From: Octopus vulgaris
Taxonomy: Eukaryota
Direction: 5' to 3'
Length of the DNA: 64,000 nt
NCBI GenBank assembly: GCA_951406725.2
Contig: CATOCA020000007.1
Location: 1 to 64,000, forward strand
The position numbers and the translations under genes are program-made. Within the stretch, counting starts at the first letter, position 1. Each line of letters opens with the position of its first letter. The notes under the pieces were generated by a model. The model saw only the letters and a program-made list of their open reading frames with translations. It was not told the origin of the DNA and did no database searches. This document shows positions 54,862 to 64,000 of this stretch, piece by piece.

Positions 54862-55565
54862 CTAGCATTGATACGACTCTTGATCTGTCTCTTTCTCTCT
54901 CTCTCTCCCTTATTCCCCTTCCTTTCTTTCCCTCTCTATCCGTCCCCCCCTTCTACGTTTCTCTATCTCTCTCACCTCCAGTCCCCTCGGTCTGTCTCTT
55001 TCTTCTCCTCCCTCGTCCACCTCTCTCTCTCTCTTCATCTGTCCCTTCCTCCTTTTTGTGCTCACGTGACCAGCTAGCTACTACTGCCTTTCGCATCAAG
55101 TAGTTGGCTTGACCACACGTATGTGTTTGTGCTCCGTTTGCCTTCAGGCATTTTTACCACAGCCAGCCCTATACTCAACTCGTCCTGTCGAAAGACGCTT
55201 GTCCTGACGTCCTGGTTTTGTTATGATTGTTTTTACGTTATTTTGTATTTTTATCCGTGCTTTCTTTATTGTTTTTACGTATTTTTGAATTTTTTTTTTT
55301 TTTTCGAGTAACATCGTCCGTTTTTCCGTCACCGTGTTGTATACTTTCGAGGTTTTCTTCCAAGGAATCTAATGCGATTGGCTTAGATTTCCCTTGGTTG
55401 GCTGCCCAGATTGGAGCAATCTCAAGATTAATCAGCCGAAATTGCGAAGATGATCTGGTTCTTGACTGATGACTGAGAGCTTCGAAAGTCCCGTCTGTGT
55501 GTTTTTTTGCCGTCTTCAAAATGTTTCACGTTCTTGTCCCAGTTTGTGTTTTTTTAACGTTTACC
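54862..55565 (+). mobile_element. Pyrimidine-rich PLE-like 3' region carrying a structured RNA; a partial second copy lies at about 55600-56160
   Basis: cacgtgaccagctagctactac...gtcaccgtgttgtatac is duplicated; flanked by TA repeats. Confidence 0.55.
55343..55489 (+). ncRNA. Candidate non-circularly permuted, pseudoknotted hammerhead ribozyme with kink-turn
   Basis: 15-bp closing stem, hairpin, stems I/II/III, CUGAUGA, GAAA, AUC triplet and a Kt-7-like motif, all folded by hand. Confidence 0.7.
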
Positions 55566-56206
55566 TATATACATGGCGGCTACGTACCCTACCCTTTAAC
55601 CCTATACTGTAAGTATATTACTCTCTAACATTGGTACGACTCTACTACTCTGTCTCTTTTCCCCCCTCTCCTACTTTTCTCTGCCTTCACCCTTTTCACT
55701 CCCCTTGTTCTGTCTCTTATCCCTCTATTTTCTTCTCCTCCCTTGTTCCCCTTCTTTCTTATCTCTCTTCCTCCGTCCCTCCTCTCCTACATATATCTCT
55801 GCCTCTCAGACCTTATACCCCACTTGACCTGTCCCTTTCCCTCTCCTGCTTCTCTCTTCATCTACGTATATATCCTTATATATGTGCTCACGTGACCAGC
55901 TAGCTACTACTATCGCATCAATATATACACGTATGTGTTTGTGCTCCGTTTGCCTTCAGGCATATATATATACCACAGCATATGTACTATATATATATCA
56001 TATAAGACGCTTGTCCTGACGTCTGGTTTTGTTATATACGCTATATATTGTATTTTTATCCGTGCTTTCTTTATTATATATATACATATATTATTATATA
56101 CATATATATTTTTTTTTTTTAGAACATCGTCCGTTTTTCCGTCACCGTGTTGTATACATATATATATATATATATATACTGGCTTGCAATTTCAACAGGC
56201 AAATTA

Positions 56207-56543
<337 letters not shown>

Positions 56544-56625
56544 GTTATATATATACATATATAAATATATAGTTATATATATACATATATATATATAGTT
56601 ATATATATACATATATATATATAGT

Positions 56626-57352
<727 letters not shown>

Positions 57353-57356
<4 letters not shown>

Positions 57357-57477
57357 GCCAGGCTTCCATATAATTTCTGTCACCAAAATTCATTCACAAA
57401 CATTTATTCAGTCGAAGGCTATGATAGAAGACACTTGCACAAGTTGCTGTGCATTGAGACTGAACCTGAAACCACAT
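57353..57477 (-). mobile_element. Degenerate tRNA-derived SINE (same family as 49157)
   Basis: Minus strand ggtttcaggttcagtctcaatgc...caagtgtcttctatcatagcc...ggaagcctggcatatat. Confidence 0.65.
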
Positions 57478-57828
57478 ATCATTGAAATTTCTCAGTCTGA
57501 ATTCTATTTTAAGTTAGAAAATACACAGGCAATTTGAGGAGTGCAAAATACACACACACTCTCAAACACTCATGAACACGCAGACTTACATGCACACACA
57601 CACACACACACATATCACAAAGTGAAGAAATAGGTTGGAGAGGACAAACAGAAAGATTTTATGTGACNNNNNNNNNNNNNNNNNNNNNNNNNNNNNNNNN
57701 NNNNNNNNNNNNNNNNNNNNNNNNNNNNNNNNNNNNNNNNNNNNNNNNNNNNNNNNNNNNNNNNNNNAACCACAGTAAGTAAGGTACTCAATACATAGCA
57801 GAGTAAAATTAATTTATTATATAGAAGG

Positions 57829-57879
57829 AGCTTCTACAGGACTAGTACTGTTTCATTCAAGAGAAATCTTCAGGAAGCT
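57829..57879 (-). ncRNA. Compact type I HHR (copy 2), within PLE terminus 57768-57935
   Basis: As 42845-42895 but with loop III tactagtc. Confidence 0.85.
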
Positions 57880-57989
57880 ATTTAACAAGAATTTATTAGC
57901 ATTTGAATGGGCATAGCGCAAAATATCATACTTTTATATAATAAATAATATATATATATATAATAAAAATATATATAAAAATATAAAAT

Positions 57990-61805
<3,816 letters not shown>

Positions 61806-62066
61806 TTCCGGCTTTCGTAGAGTAAACACGTGTTGTCTCTCTCTGCGATAAAAAACAAGAAGGGCTGCATAAAATCGACGAAATAACTTGGCAAATCACT
61901 CACAAAACGTGGAAATTGTTACTTTATAGACGCGTACCTGGATATTTGCTTAAAAATCGCAATATATTTCTGCCACAAGTCAAGTTTTGACACAAAGATC
62001 TCTTTCTAGCGATACGCACGTGGAATCTCCTAATTTTATTTCCAGACGATAAGTACCCAAATTCCT

Positions 62067-62385
62067 GTTTATATCCTCGCAAAAACGTATCACAAATTCT
62101 TGTTACTGTTAATTTCGTTAAATCTATTATCTATAAATTACCTGTTACTCTGTTTATATATGTATGTGCGTATGTGTGTGTGTGTTAGTATATACGTGCA
62201 TGTGTGTGTGTGTGTTAGTAGTAGAATCGTTTATATCCTTGCAAAAACGTATCACAAATTCTTGTTACTGTTAATTTCGTTAAATCTATTATCTATAAAT
62301 TACCTGTTACTCTGTTTATATATGTATGTGCGCATATATCTATATATACGTGCATTGTGTGTGTGTGTGTTAGTAGTAGAATCGT
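62067..62385. repeat. Direct tandem duplication, period 162 bp
   Basis: gtttatatcct.gcaaaaacgtatc at 62067 and 62229. Confidence 0.85.
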
Positions 62386-62929
62386 ATTGTAGTTTATCTT
62401 AAGAGACATTAGTTTATCTTAAAATAAATATATATTGCCATTTCTTGGCGTGTTTTCTTTCAGCTGTTTTAATTATTATTAAAGGTATAGTCGCAATTAG
62501 TTATAGTTTTGTTATAGAAGAATTTGTCTGTTGCGGCGGACAAATGTATTATTACACTATTTTATTATCTATTATTATTATCACTTGTTAAATATATGTG
62601 TGTGTGTTATATATATATGTGCGTATGTATATACTACATATATATATATAAACTCTGTAAAACCTCCTGGCCTGTTTTTTCTTTCTTTCTTTTCTTTTCT
62701 TTCAGCTGTTTTATTTTATTTTATTTTTCATTTTTATTATTATTATTGTCTTATAATCTCTTACTATTATTACTTTGTAATATATGTTTATATATGTTTT
62801 GTAATATATGCCTATATATGTTTCATTATTATTATTGTCTCTTTATATACTCACTTGTTACTCTTGTCTATATATGTGCATGTGCACACGTGTGTACATG
62901 TGTGTGTGTGTGTGTATACATATGTATGT

Positions 62930-64000
62930 CCCAATAGCTTCGTTTAGAATTCTATCTGTCTCTTCAGTTCTCTCCCTTGCGCCCCTCCTTGGCCCAATAG
63001 CTTCGTTTAGATCTCTCTGTCTGTCTCTTCGGTTCTCTCCCTTTGCGCTTTCTCTGTCTATCTCAGCTCTCCTCTAGAGGCTTTCTCTATCTTCCTTCAG
63101 CACTCAGTATCTCCTCTTCCTCTTCTCTCTTGCTCTCTTCTCTTGGCTCCCAATCTCTCCTTAAGTGCACGGACGCTCTCTTTCTCTATTACCCCCTACC
63201 CCCCCTATTGCACTATTGGATTAATATAACTTAATATAACTAGATAGATAGATAGATAGACAAAATATCTCTCCTCTTCCTCTTCTCTCCTGCTCTCTTC
63301 TCTTGGCTCCCAATCTCTCCTTAAGTACATAGACGCTCTCTTTCTCTATTACCCCCCTACTTTGGATTAATATTACTTAACATAATTAGATAGATAGATA
63401 ATATATCAAGAATGTCCAGAGCTTGGAAACGTGATGAACTGGTGTGGTTCCTGCGAGGATGGCAATGCGCTGACGGAGAAAGTCCAAGTAACATAATTGC
63501 GGCAGCACTAAAGAACAAAGGATTCAAAAGGACATCAGCACAAATAGAGCGGAAGAGGCAAGAGTTCGTACGCTCATACGCACTTGTCAGATCGCACATA
63601 AACACACTGGATGCCATTTTTAACAGCGAAAAACGCGAACAAAGTAAAGATGGCAAGGATGGAGACGTGGGCGCAGATGAGGAGGGTCACCCCCACCTGG
63701 TGGACGCCCAGGAAGAAAACTCCAACGATAGGCCTGCCCGGGAGGTGAACCCAGGTACGGATGCTCCTACCGGCTCCAAAAGCCGTGGACATGGAGATGA
63801 AGAGGCCAAAAAAGAGGAAAAACTGAAGCTAAAACTCAGACAAAGCCAAGGGACAAGGCAGCCAGGGACAGAGGCAAACCTAACGGTCCATATGCCAAAA
63901 AGGATGGAAACAAGCAGCGCACACGGGTATGTAGGTTCTACCTGAAAGGTGCCTGCCGGCATGGAGAGGAAGGTGCAGGCTGCCGCTTTGCACATCCGGG
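62930..64000 (+). mobile_element. 5' end of a CR1-group LINE subfamily 2-related copy: tandemly repeated 5' UTR plus ORF1
   Basis: Homologous to the reverse complement of about 24100-24825; ATG at 63412. Confidence 0.88.
63412..64000 (+). CDS. LINE ORF1 (Myb/SANT-like; CCCH finger in the -1 frame, running off the window)
   Basis: WKRDELVWFLRGW...IAAALKNKGFKRTSAQIERK; CRFYLKGACRHGEEGAGCRFAHP. Confidence 0.75.

Noticed and set aside
63790-63830. Programmed -1 frameshift between the Myb-like and CCCH parts of ORF1
   Set aside because: There is no canonical in-frame slippery heptamer, subfamily 1 has both domains in one frame, and a homopolymer indel is more likely.

Overview
Eukaryotic repeat-only window, most likely from an octopus (inferred from the tRNA-derived SINE and the retroelement tails). 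It consists of 8 contigs joined by seven 100-N gaps, and no host gene is recognisable. Roughly 40% is (TA)n or (TATG/CATA)n microsatellite, and nearly every retroelement end abuts it. The elements are: three subfamilies of a CR1-group LINE (two near full-length copies whose ORF1 carries a Myb/SANT-like domain plus a CCCH finger); an RTE LINE fragment; two composite non-autonomous elements with RTE-type tails and 5' tandem arrays; two Neptune-type Penelope-like elements (PLEs); several PLE-type termini; two SINE remnants; and a mariner fragment. By eye there are eight complete type I hammerhead ribozyme (HHR) motifs from about six families. The top candidate is at 55343-55489: a complete hammerhead core in non-circularly permuted order, held together by pseudoknots and a Kt-7-like kink-turn, with a divergent partial homolog at 49268. 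All structures were folded by hand and none was tested computationally. The long YI-repeat ORFs are artefacts.
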